Shown in pieces: positions 9,198-19,220 of a stretch of DNA of 32,000 bases. The stretch spans positions 960,001 through 992,000 of the forward strand of contig OY782392.1 of the NCBI GenBank assembly GCA_963677765.1, read 5' to 3'. The notes under the pieces were generated by a model. It saw only the letters and a program-made list of their open reading frames with translations, was not told the origin of the DNA and ran no database searches. The position numbers were made by a program, and so were the translations under genes. The DNA comes from Candidatus Saccharimonadota bacterium (GTDB lineage: Bacteria > Patescibacteriota > Gracilibacteria > BD1-5 > UBA6164). The number at the start of each line of letters is the position of its first letter. Position 1 is the first letter of the stretch.

Positions 9198-9885
9198 TTT
9201 CTAAATAGTTAATTTCATTTTTATTTAAATATCTCCATTCTCATTCTTTTAAGTCTCAGATATTTATTTCTCATATACTTATTCTATGTAGATTTACAAC
9301 TTCATTTTTTACAGCAATTAACATTTTTTTTACTTGATGAAATTTTCATTCACTTATAGAAAGTTCTATTTTATAATCATTTATTTTTTTTACTTTTGCT
9401 GGTTTAGTTATATAGTCATCTATTTTTAGTCATTTTTCTAGTTTATCTATTGACTTTTGATCTATAACTTCTTTTGTATCAACTATATATTTTTTAAATA
9501 TATCTTTTTTTGAATTTATAACATTATGAATTACTTTTCATTTATTTGTCATTAATATTAATCAAGTTGTATCAACATCTAATCTTCACATAATTTCTAC
9601 TATTTCATCATATGGGCATCATTCTAATAATACCTTACATGATTTATATCAAGCTTCATCAATATTACTTGAAATATAGTTTTTTGGCTTATTTAAAATA
9701 ATATATATATCTTCTATATATTCTAGTTTATATTCTCATATTTGTATTTCATCTCAAATATTTATTTTATATTCTCATGATGTAATTAATTCTCAATTAA
9801 CAAAAACTATATCATTTTTTATATATTTTTTTAATTCTTTTCTACTTCAAAATCAAAGGTTTGATAAATACTTATCTATTCTCAT
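9190..9885 (-). CDS. rsuA: RsuA/RluB-family pseudouridine synthase with N-terminal S4 domain (231 aa)
   Basis: ATG 9885-9883, TAA 9192-9190, 696 nt. MRIDKYLSNLGFGSRKELKKYIKNDIVFVNGE (S4 domain), the catalytic motif GRLDVDTTGLILMTNKGKVIH, and KYIV...EGKFHQVKKM. Confidence 0.85.
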
Positions 9886-10026
9886 TACATTTTTTATTTA
9901 AAATCTATTTTGTTTTTTTATTATACTTAAAATAAAAACCTTATAAAAATATTTATTTAAAAATATTTGACTTTTTAAGAAAATATTTTATTATCTAATC
10001 TCATAAAAGGAGGAAAGGACTGTGAT

Positions 10027-10206
10027 ATGTTGATACTTACTAGAAAAATTGGCGAAACATTTTTCGTAGGAGATGATGTCACTGTAACAGTTTTGTCTGT
10101 AAAAGGTGACCAAGTTCGTATAGGTGTTAATGCACCTAAAGGTGTTACTATCAACAAAGAAGAAACTTATGTTGAAAGGATTAAACGTGCAGATAAAAAA
10201 AGTTAA
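10027..10206 (+). CDS. csrA: Carbon storage regulator CsrA/RsmA (59 aa)
   Basis: [59 protein letters not shown]. About 34 of the first 48 residues match E. coli CsrA as I recall it. The GGA-rich leader aaaAGGAGGAaAGGAc (10004-10019) contains an SD. No TGA; all 5 Gly are GGN. About 33% G+C by hand count. Confidence 0.9.
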   Translation: MLILTRKIGETFFVGDDVTVTVLSVKGDQVRIGVNAPKGVTINKEETYVERIKRADKKS

Positions 10207-10222
10207 CTCAGTTCTTATTTGA

Positions 10223-10260
10223 AAGAGAGATATGTAAAAATATCTCTCTTTTTTATTTTT
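10223..10260 (+). terminator. Intrinsic terminator of csrA
   Basis: 10-bp stem aagagagata / tatctctctt with an 8-nt loop, followed by ttttattttt. Confidence 0.7.
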
Positions 10261-10324
10261 CTTTTGAATAATAAATAAAAATATATAATATTATTTTACT
10301 TTTTAATTGTTATAATAATTATAT

Positions 10325-10618
10325 ATGGCAAAGACTTTTATAGATTGAGCTAGTTCAAAAGCAATAAATGGTCCTTATGGAGAATTTTTTAATATAAGTT
10401 TTAATCTTGAAAAATTACAAGAATATGCTAATGAAAAATGATATGTAAATCTTACTATGAGCAAAAGAAAAGAAGTATGACAATATTGAGATACTCATTA
10501 TTTTACTTTAAATGACTGGAATCCAGAAAATAGTAATAATAATCAAAACTCTTCTCAAGATCAAAATAATACTAATTCTTGAGCATGAGATATTTCAGTT
10601 GAAGATATTCCATTTTAA
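10325..10618 (+). CDS. Small protein with an SSB-like disordered linker and acidic C-terminal tip ..VEDIPF (97 aa)
   Basis: ATG 10325, TAA 10616-10618, 294 nt. MAKTFIDGASSKAINGPYGEFFNISFNLEKLQEYANEKGYVNLTMSKRKEVGQYGDTHYFTLNDWNP, then the N/Q/S-rich linker ENSNNNQNSSQDQNNTNSGAG, then DISVEDIPF. Uses TGA for several Gly. The core does not resemble the canonical SSB OB sequence to my eye. Confidence 0.6.
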
Positions 10619-10620
10619 TA

Positions 10621-10654
10621 AAAAGAGTATAATCATATATGATTATACTCTTTT
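10621..10654. terminator. Palindromic bidirectional terminator
   Basis: Perfect 16-bp arms aaaagagtataatcat / atgattatactctttt separated by 2 nt, between convergent genes. It touches the minus-gene stop at 10654-10656. Confidence 0.55.
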
Positions 10655-10998
10655 TATTTGATTATTTTTTCTACTTTATCTTTTACTTTTGATACTATTA
10701 AATTTGGATCTATTTCTTCTATAAATGTTTTTAAAAATACTCATCAACTCATATTTAAACTAATTTGTTTTCAGTTATCATTTGTTACTATATATTCAAC
10801 ATTATGAGTTTTATTTTGTGATTCATCTTTTAATTCTAGTTTTGTTATTGTAATTGTATCTCATTTTTCAAAAGTAGAGTTATCAACAGCCAATGCTTGT
10901 ATGTTTTTAGATAATCTAAAACTCATTGAATCAGATAATTTTATGTTTTCAAGAGTTTTTTTAGTTGAGTAGTCTGATTTATTTATATGTTGTTTCAT
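10654..10998 (-). CDS. Hypothetical protein (114 aa)
   Basis: ATG 10998-10996, TAA 10656-10654, 345 nt open with TGA read as Gly. MKQHINKSDYSTKKTLENIKLSDSMSFRLSKNIQALAVDNSTFEKGDTITITKLELKDESQNKTHNVEYIVTNDNGKQISLNMSGGVFLK... No family recognised. Confidence 0.55.
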
Positions 10999-11131
10999 TT
11001 TTTATATTTAATTTGTATTAATTATAAATATAAAATATTTAGTTGTTATGTCAATTTTTTATAACAATATCTTGATTATCTCTATATTTTTTTTATAATA
11101 ACGAAGCATTATTTACAAGTAATAATATATT

Positions 11132-11719
11132 ATGAAATCGAGAATTAATAAACTATTAGCAGAAATAGAACAAAAAAGAAAAGAATTATTAGAAGAATAT
11201 TCTAAACTAATGGAAAAGTATGATTTTTCATTTATAAAATGAAAAATTGTTTTTTCAAAAGAAGCTAGACTTAGAAACAAACAAAAAAGAAAATCATTTT
11301 TTAATAGTATATTTAACGCTAGGGTTAGAGATTTGTTATCTATTCCTTTTATTTACTCTATGATTATACCAGCAGTTATATTAGATATATTCTTATTTAT
11401 GTATCAACAAACTGCTATAAGATTATACTGAATACCTCTTGTAAAAAGATCTGATTATATAATTTTTGATAGAAGACATTTAGATTATTTGAACTGGATT
11501 CAAAAAATTAATTGTTTATACTGTTCTTATGTAAATTGATTGTTTTCTTATGCAGTTGAAGTAGCTTGAAGAACAGAAAAATATTGGTGTCCTATAAAAT
11601 CAGCACAAAAAATTAAATGATGACATTATTGGCAAAAACATTTTGCGGATTATTGAGATGCAGAATGATTTAGAGATTGTTTTACTTCTACTAAAGAATT
11701 TTACAATGAAAAAAAATAA
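11132..11719 (+). CDS. Membrane protein with CxxC...WCP...C motif (195 aa)
   Basis: ATG 11132, TAA 11717-11719, 588 nt. N-terminal coiled segment, hydrophobic hairpin LLSIPFIYSMIIPAVILDIFLFMY, then INCLYCSYVNGLFSYAVEVAGRTEKYWCPIKSAQKIKGGHYWQKHFADYGDAEGFRDCF. Looks like a conserved uncharacterised family, but I cannot name it. Confidence 0.65.
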
Positions 11720-11739
11720 AAGAAGACTTGTCTTCTTTT
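11718..11739. terminator. Bidirectional hairpin between convergent genes
   Basis: aaaagaaga-cttg-tcttctttt overlaps both stop codons (11717-11719 plus, 11740-11738 minus). Confidence 0.5.
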
Positions 11740-13234
11740 ATTTTTTTAATGCATAATCAAATAATTGAATTATAGCTTCTCTTGGTGATTCAGCATCTCT
11801 AACTATAGTTTTTCTATTTATTTTTATACTAACTAATCAGTTGTTTTTTATTACACTAAATATTTTATTCTCATTTCATCTTACTAATCTAGTTTCTTGA
11901 ATACTATTTAACATATTTGAGTATTTTCATTCTTTTAGAACTCTATCTCTAAGAGCTTTTATTATTTCTTTTTCTTCACTTAAAAGATATGTTCATATTA
12001 TCCACATCCAATCTCATCTTTTAGTTGAATTATTTATTGTATCAATAATTTCCTCTCTTATTTTTTCAGGTAGTTTTAATCATTTTTTTACACCTGTTTT
12101 TATATGATCTTTTATTTGATTTATACTTTCTTCTACTTCTTCGCAGTTTTCTTTTACTTTTGAATATCTTTTCATAACTTTTTCTTCAAAATGATATCAT
12201 TTTTCTAAAAAATATATCCTGTTTAATTGTTGATTTAGATATCTGTTAACTATTTTTCTTAAATCTTCATTTGTATATGGTTGTTCATCAGATCTTAAAA
12301 AAGCTTTTAATTGTCTATGTAGTATAAAATCTAGATATCTTCTCATAGGAGAAGTAAAATGAGTATAATTATCTTCTTTTAATCAAAAATGATATTCCAT
12401 TTTATTTGAATAATAAGCTCTTTCTAATTGTTTTGGTGTATAATCTTTTCATTTTAATCATACCATATGATTTCTATAAACTCATGTTTCTGGGTAGTTT
12501 ATCATTTGAAATTTTGCTGTTTCAACATTTGCGGCAACCATGAACTCTTCTATAAGTCTAGATGCTATATTTTTTCAGTTTAGATTATCTTTTTATATTC
12601 ATCTTTCTGCTTCATCAAATTCTATTATTCATTTTGATAATCTTTTTTCTCTTAGTTTTTTTGCTATTTCATCTTGAAGTCTAAGTTGCTCATGGAAAGG
12701 ACTTTCTTCATAAAAATATTGATCTCTAAATTCTTCATAATCAAATCTTTTTCTATTTATAAATTTTGATTCATAGAAACTTGAATTAATAACATTCATT
12801 TGATTATCATAATCTATTTGTACTGTTTGTGATAATCTACTTGTTTGATCATTTAGAGAAATTATATCTGTTGCAAGTTCTCTAGGTAGCATATAGATAG
12901 TTTTTTCCTCACCTAAATAAATACTAGTTCATTTGTTCATAGCATCTATATCTATAGGGGATAGTATTGGTATAAATTCTGTAGGGTCAGCTATTGATAT
13001 AAAAATAGTATATCATCAGTCTTTTCTTTTTTCTGCCCAAATTCAATCATCTAGGTCTTTACTTTCTCTTGCATCTATTGTTATTCATTCAATTAGTTTT
13101 CTAGAAGGAGCTTGATCATTTATTCCGTTTTTTAATATATCTCTAACTTGATTTTTAGTCTCATTTGTATATCAAAATGGTAGACCAGAATTAATTCTAG
13201 GTATCAGATTATCTGGAAAGTTTTCTAATCTCAT
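11738..13234 (-). pseudogene. RNase II/R-family (RNB domain) exoribonuclease interrupted by a single in-frame TAA at codon 214
   Basis: ATG 13234-13232, terminal TAA 11740-11738, 1497 nt in one frame. RNB motifs lie on both sides of the internal TAA (12595-12593). Upstream: ITIDARESKDLDDGIWAE, ISIADPTEF, TSIYLGEEKTIYMLPRELATDIISLND. Downstream: [47 protein letters not shown]. Local context is ..[25 protein letters not shown].. Lacks the CSD/S1 domains of full-length RNase R. Confidence 0.75.
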
Positions 13235-13277
13235 AAATAAATAGTTATAGTATTTTTCTTACTATAACTATTTATTT
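13235..13277 (-). terminator. Long hairpin terminator after tatD
   Basis: Perfect 18-bp arms aaataaatagttatagta / tactataactatttattt with a 7-nt loop. It exactly fills the gap between the tatD stop (13278) and the RNB gene start (13234). Confidence 0.5.
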
Positions 13278-14093
13278 TTATATGTCTAGGTTAAATACCT
13301 TTTTAGAGTTATTAAATATTTCTTCATATATATATTCTTTATTTTCTCATCTTAGATATGCTATATGTTCTATTACATATCTTGTAAATTTTGCTTCATT
13401 TTCTTCTTTACCTCTAAAAGGAGTTGGTGTTAAATAGGGTGCATCTGTTTCAGCTAGTATATGTTTTATATCTATATTTGAAGCAGTGTCTTGTATATCT
13501 TTTGCATTTTTGAATGTAACTATTCCTGAGAAACTTAAATAACATTCATCTGAAAACTCAGTTAATTTTTTTGCATATTCATAATCTTCACTATAACAAT
13601 GAAATATAAAATTTTTATATCATTCTTCTTTTATTATTTTTAGTACATCATCTTTAGAATCTCTATTGTGAATAACAAAAGGTATATTAAATTTTTTTGC
13701 TAAGTTTATTTGAGCTTTGAAGAATTTTTTTTGAGTTTCTTTTTTGTTTAATATTTCATCATCTGAATTATTATCTTTATATAACCAATAATAATCTAGT
13801 CATGTTTCTCAAATTCATACTATAAAATCTTTATTATTAGTATAGATTTCTTCTAATTTTGAAATAGTATTTTCTAAGTCCAATCAATATACATCACAAG
13901 GATGTATTCATATAGTACAATAAATATTTTTATTTTCTTTTGCTAATTTTAAAGCTTTTTCATTTGTTTCATTATCAGTTCATATAACAATCATTGCTTT
14001 TCATCAGTCTTCAAAAAAATTATCTATAGTTTTTTTTATATCTTTTGTCTTGTTTAAGTATGGATGACAGTGTGTATCAATATATTTGTACAT
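13278..14093 (-). CDS. tatD: TatD-family metal-dependent hydrolase/DNase (271 aa)
   Basis: ATG 14093-14091, TAA 13280-13278, 816 nt. MYKYIDTHCHPYL, IGIHPCD, GIGETGLDYYW, IPFVIHNRDS, IFHCYSED and LAETDAPYLTPTPFRGK match the TatD signature. Confidence 0.9.
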
Positions 14094-14113
14094 AATTATT
14101 ATTTATCAAATAA

Positions 14114-14137
14114 AAAACTCTATATGAATAGAGTTTT
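14114..14137 (-). terminator. Hairpin terminator
   Basis: aaaactcta-tatgaa-tagagtttt overlaps the stop codon at 14136-14138. Confidence 0.45.
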
Positions 14138-14666
14138 AGTAAGTAATTCATGAAGTAGTTAATTTAAAGTTTTCTCAATTAGAGTTTTTAAAATTTGCAT
14201 TAATTAAATTTATTTGTTCACTTAATTCAGCTTTTTTTCATATATTTATATCAATTATATTTTGGTTTTCTTTAATATTACTACCTTTACTATTTATTAT
14301 AAAATTTATACTTCATCAATTTGTATTTCACAGTTGAGTTATTTCATTAAATTCAGAAGATATATCTTTTATTTCAATATTTTCAGGATTAAAAATAACT
14401 GAAAAAGATATGTTTTCTATTGATTCTATTGATTTAGAAGAGTTTATTGAAATTATTCAGTTTTTATTATTTTCTATATATAAATCAGCTTTATTTTCTT
14501 TTCATATATTTTCAGAGTTTATAACTGAAGCTTTTAAATTATTTCATATTTCACTAGAGTCTATAATAAAAAAATTTATTCAAAAAGCCATAATTAAACT
14601 AGCAGCAACAACTCATATGTTTCAGATAACTTTTTTATTATGATATTTTTTTATAAAATCTTTCAT
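14136..14666 (-). CDS. Hypothetical N-terminally anchored protein (176 aa)
   Basis: ATG 14666-14664, TAA 14138-14136, 531 nt. TM segment IGNIGVVAASLIMAFGINFFII, then an N/S/I-rich domain. No family recognised. Confidence 0.55.
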
Positions 14667-14729
14667 TTTTGTTACTTATTTGTTAATTAAAATAATAATA
14701 TATAAAATGTAATCTTTGTAAAGATTTTA

Positions 14730-16592
14730 TTATATTATTGAATGATTTTCAAGTGTTTCTATTTGAGATTTATTTAGTATAAGTTTTAGTTCTTCTTTTT
14801 CAATCTCTCTTAGTTTTTCTATATTTCAGTATTTTTTTAATATTTTAGCTCTAGTTTTTGGTCAAAATCAAGGTAATTCATCAAGTATATTTTTTTTCAT
14901 TGATTTTATTCTTGAATCTCTATTAAATGTTATAGCAAATCTATGAGCTTCATCTCTTATTTTTTGTACCAATCTAAGTTCACTAGAGTTTCTTTCTAGC
15001 ATTATTAATTCAAAAATTCAATCTTTGAATATAAATAACTCTTCTTCTTTTTTAGCTAATCATACAAGCTGTAAGTCTTTTAATTTTCCCACTTTTTCTA
15101 TATTTTGATTAACTATTTCTAATACACTTGATAATTGTCATTTTCATCCATCAATTATTATTAAGTCTGGTATTTCTCAAGTTTTTTCTATCTCTTTTAT
15201 TCTTCTAGTCATTATTTCTCTCATAGAATCAAAGTCATTAATTTTTTGTTCTTCTAGAGTTTTTATTCTGAACTTTTTATATTTACTTGTATTACTTTTA
15301 CCATTTTCAATTATACTTCTACTCGCAACTGTATGATTTCATGATATATGACTAATATCATTACATTCAAATATTATATCTTTGTTTATTTGTTCGTATC
15401 AAAGTGAATCTAAAATATTTATCATAGTTTTTTTACTAAATCACTTAGTTGATAAAGAATTTATATGGTCTTTATAGGCATATTCATAAATATTTTTATA
15501 ACAAAGTGACAATAAATCACTTTTTACTCATATTTTTGGTGCTTGAGTTTTTATATCAATATTTCAAAAATTTATTTCAAAAGGTATAAGATATATTATT
15601 TTGTTATTAACTTCATTTGAATAAATTTTTTCTATAAAGCTTTTTATAACTTCTGTTTTATCTTCATCCAATGAATTTTTAATTTCATAATTATAAAATC
15701 AAACTATTTTAGAATCTTTAATTTCTATCATTCATATATAAAATTTATCAAATTTTTCTATATAATTTATAACATTATAGTCTCACTCTACTCAATCTCT
15801 TACTATTTGATTTTGTTCCAATGATTTTATAGATTCAAGATTTTCTTTTAGTTTTTGAGCTTCTTCGAATTTTAATTCTTTAGCTTTATTAAACATTTCA
15901 AGCTCAAGCTCTTGTTTTATTTTAGATGTATTTCATTTAAGAAAATCAGATATTTGTTCAATTTTTTGTTTGTATTCTTTTATTTTTGATAGAGATTTTA
16001 AACATGGTCAGCTACATCTTTTTATATAATAGTCCATGCAAGGAATTTTTGTTGTTCAAATATTTCATATTAATAAATTTTCATTTGAAATATTTTCAGA
16101 TTTATTTTTTAGATTAAAAGTTAAATTACAACTTCTGTATCAAAATACTTTTTTTACTAACTTTAATATATTATTAACATAGTTAGTTGATGTATATGGT
16201 CAAAAATAAATAGATCAATCATTTTTTTTGAATCTAGTTTTTATTATTTGTGGTATTAATTCTTTTGTTATTTTTATATATATATGATTTTTACCATCTT
16301 TCATCAATATATTATATTTTGGTTCATGTTTTTTTATTAGAGTTGTTTCCAGTATTAGACTTTCGGTTTCATTATTTGTTAAAATTGTTTTTATATCAAC
16401 AATCTTGTTTACCATTTTTTGTTTGGCAAAATTAAGTTTACTTTTTCAATTAAAATAAGAATTAACTCTAGATTTTAGATTGACTGATTTTCATATATAT
16501 ATAATATTTCAGTTTTTGTCTATAAACTGATATATTCAAGGATTGTTTGGTAAGTTTTTTAGTATAGATTTTAATTTATTATCTGTTGACAT
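14730..16592 (-). CDS. uvrC: Excinuclease ABC subunit C (620 aa)
   Basis: ATG 16592-16590, TAA 14732-14730, 1863 nt. GIY-YIG domain [30 protein letters not shown]...ESLILETTLIKKHEPKYNILMKD, a UVR-like helix ELEMFNKAKELKFEEAQKLKENLESI, the endonuclease region ECNDISHISGNHTVASRS and PDLIIIDGGKGQL, and a C-terminal HhH. Confidence 0.9.
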
Positions 16593-16644
16593 TTTTTTTA
16601 ATTCTTTATTATATTAATCCACAAAATTAGAAAAAGGAGTTTAT

Positions 16645-16764
16645 ATGTCAGAAAATCCATATGATTATTTAGCAGGATTTTTAGTTTTGATGTTTTTTAT
16701 CTTTGTGCTACCATCTAGTTATAATATAATATCAAAAGCTTACTCATATATAAAAAATAAATAA
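16645..16764 (+). CDS. Possible small membrane peptide (39 aa)
   Basis: MSENPYDYLAGFLVLMFFIFVLPSSYNIISKAYSYIKNK. AGGAG at 16635-16639, 5 nt before the ATG (one of only four SD sites in the window). Single TM segment, TAA stop. Short, so uncertain. Confidence 0.35.
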   Translation: MSENPYDYLAGFLVLMFFIFVLPSSYNIISKAYSYIKNK

Positions 16765-16792
16765 TGAATCTTTAAAAAGGTTCGTTATTTTT

Positions 16793-17461
16793 TTAGCTTA
16801 AATCTATTGTGTTTTTGGATTTTTTGATTTTTTCTAATTTATCATTTTTAGTTTCTTTTTCTATTTCTTTATGTTTAGAGTTTTCTAGATAGTTTCATAC
16901 TACACCAGATAAAGCATCCATTATCATATCGAATTTATCTTCTTCATCATCTTCTATTTCATTAGATTGTTCACTTACAGTTTCTAATATATCAACCGCT
17001 CTTAGAGGATGAACTGCATCTTTTAATACAAAAGAATCATCTCATATTTTATGTATCACTAAATCTCATTTCATGAATAATTTATCTATTATTCAATCTT
17101 GTTCTACTCATATTCATTCTATATTTTCATAGTTTATACTATTTGTATTTGATTTTAGGAATGACCGCTCTAGCCATATTACTCATTCATCAGTTACAAT
17201 CCATACATCATTATACCAATCAAAAATATCATATATATTGTTTATAAAAACAATTATCAAAAAAACTTCTAGGATAAAGAATGGTATTATTTCTTGTATT
17301 GATATTGAATTATAATAAAAAATAGCAGGTAAAATAGCCAATAATACTAATTTAACTATAAGCTTTTTAATTATAGTTAATGGATGAGTATGAATAACAG
17401 ATATCATTTCTTGTCATTCAGGTATATATTTTGAAAAAAAGCTTATATCGAATTTATTCAT
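16793..17461 (-). CDS. Membrane protein with bacterial PH (bPH_2/YdbT-like) domain (222 aa)
   Basis: ATG 17461-17459, TAA 16795-16793, 669 nt. Two TM segments, then DWYNDVWIVTDEGVIWLERSFLKSNTNSINYENIEGIGVEQDGIIDKLFMKGDLVI, typical of the bPH_2 family. Acidic C-terminal tail. Confidence 0.65.
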
Positions 17462-17509
17462 AAGTTTTTGTTATATTTATTTGTATTATTATATATATTT
17501 TACAAAAAA

Positions 17510-17533
17510 ATAAAGGATAATTATATCCTTTAT
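17510..17533 (-). terminator. Hairpin terminator after xth
   Basis: ataaaggata-atta-tatcctttat overlaps the stop at 17530-17532. Confidence 0.5.
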
Positions 17534-18336
17534 TTTAGTTTTATCATAACAGGGCAATGGTCTGATCACATTACATCAGTTAAATACTCAATATCTTCTA
17601 TGTCATCTATAAATTCTTTATTTACTACAAAATAATCTATTCTCCATCAAACATTTCTTGGTCTTGCTCATGCTCTATAACTCCACCAACTATAAACATC
17701 TAATTTTTCTGGATTAAAATATCTCCATACATCATAGTTTCAATCATTTATAAATTCTCAAATCTTTTCTCTTTCTATAGGTAAAAAACCAATACTATTT
17801 TGATTTTCTTTTGGTCTTGCTATATCTATTTCTGTATGACAAATATTATAATCTCAAGTTACTATTACTTGTTTTCATTCTTCTTTTAATTTTCTAGTAT
17901 AGCTTTTTAAATGTTCATAAAACTCTAACTTATAACTCACCATTTCAGTTCAATCAGCTCTAGTTCATCAATTAGGGAAGTATCAATTCAATAATACTAC
18001 ATGTTTTTTTTCTCAATCTTTTTTATAATAGAATTCTAATTCAGTTACTCTTCAATCTTCATGAAAGTGATCGATTTCACCAAAGTCATTTTTTGTATCA
18101 ATTATCTCTAAATCTTTTTTATAAAAAATAGCAGTTCAAGCATATCAAGCTCTAGTCCCTGAATGCCATATATAATTATAGTTTTCCATTTTTTCAATTT
18201 CTTTTTTTGCTTGATCTTCAAATGCTTTTGTTTCTTGTATACAAAAAATATCAGGATTGTACTCTTCTATGAATTCATGTAATCATTTTTTTGCAACCGC
18301 TCTTATTCAGTTTACATTCCAGCTTATTATTTTCAC
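17530..18336 (-). CDS. xth: Exodeoxyribonuclease III (AP endonuclease), 268 aa
   Basis: GTG 18336-18334 (no in-frame ATG between it and the upstream TAA), TAA 17532-17530, 807 nt. [74 protein letters not shown]. Confidence 0.9.
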
Positions 18337-18472
18337 TATATTAGATGGTTATAAAATATTATCTCATATATAATAATGTAAATAAATAAATGTAAAGAAA
18401 ATATTCTTGAAAAATATATTTTTTTTGTATAATTGCTTTGAACTTTTATTTTATAATTTATGTAAAAATAAT

Positions 18473-19021
18473 ATGTCTAACGAAGAAAAAAATATACAAG
18501 AAGAAAAAGATATTATAGAAGAGATGGAAAGCGAATTAGAGGAAATTGAAAATGATGAAGGTCAAATAGATGAAGATAAATTGAACTCAGCAGTTGAATG
18601 AGTACAAGACGAATCAGAAGATTCAAAATTATCTCGTGTTATGGCTGATTTTGAAAACTATAAAAAAAGAGTAGAAAGAGATAAACAAGAAATGATATTT
18701 TTTCTAAAAAAAGATATTCTTAAAAATGTATTACCAAGAATAGATGATATGGAAAGAATTATAAAAAATACTCCAGATGATCTAAAAGAAAATGCTTTAT
18801 ATGAATGAATAGTTTCAATGCATAAAAAACTTATTAGTGATTTAGAAAAAATGTGAGTTAAAGCTTTTGATTCTATATGAAATGAAGTAGATCCTGAAAA
18901 ACATGATGTTATGACTACTGTTCCTTGACAAAAAGAATGAATTATTTTTGATGAATTTGAAAAAGGTTATATTCTATGAGATAGTGTTTTAAGACATGCA
19001 AAAGTAGTAGTTTGAGCTTAA
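18473..19021 (+). CDS. grpE: Nucleotide exchange factor GrpE (182 aa)
   Basis: ATG 18473, TAA 19019-19021, 549 nt. RVMADFENYKKRVERDKQE, EKMGVKAFDSIGNEVDPEKHDVMT, EKGYILGDSVLRHAKVVVGA. TGA falls on the conserved Gly positions of GrpE. No dnaK/hrcA adjacent. Confidence 0.9.
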
Positions 19022-19220
19022 TATATTATAAATAATATTTTTATATAGTCTAGCTTATATTTTATAGTATCTTGATTTATACTAAAAAAATATATAATAA
19101 TTTAGCTTTTTTAAAAAAAATAACAATTATTTGAAAAATAATAATTGTTCTCTAATTATATTAAATCTATTTTAATTAGATTTGTATTATTTTAGAGTTT
19201 TTATCCTATAAAAAATATAA

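Noticed and set aside
9975-10157. Minus-strand 60-aa track ORF overlapping csrA
   Set aside because: The plus-strand product is an unmistakable CsrA with an SD and a terminator. The antisense ORF has no start context or recognisable similarity.
9886-11131. csrA plus SSB-tail gene plus orphans as a prophage or integrative-element remnant
   Set aside because: No integrase, recombinase, tRNA target, direct repeats or phage structural genes are visible. Only csrA is compositionally foreign, while its neighbours use TGA-Gly like the rest of the window. I keep this only as a weak possibility inside the csrA and SSB-tail findings.
16614-16623. DnaA-box-like ttaatccaca near the uvrC start, as a hint of a replication origin
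   Set aside because: It is a single imperfect copy (one extra base relative to TTATCCACA). There is no cluster of boxes, no adjacent dnaA/dnaN and no AT-rich unwinding repeats beyond background.
18407-18472. TTG-initiated 22-codon N-terminal extension of grpE as drawn in the track (MKNIFFLYNCFELLFYNLCKNN)
   Set aside because: The extension is hydrophobic and unlike GrpE N-termini, and it overlaps the likely promoter. The ATG at 18473 begins the acidic N-terminus typical of GrpE.
19022-19220. c-di-AMP (ydaO-type) or other riboswitch upstream of the 3D-domain cell-wall gene
   Set aside because: The 200-nt leader is almost pure A/T with only short AT hairpins. None of the G/C-rich conserved cores expected for that riboswitch class is present.
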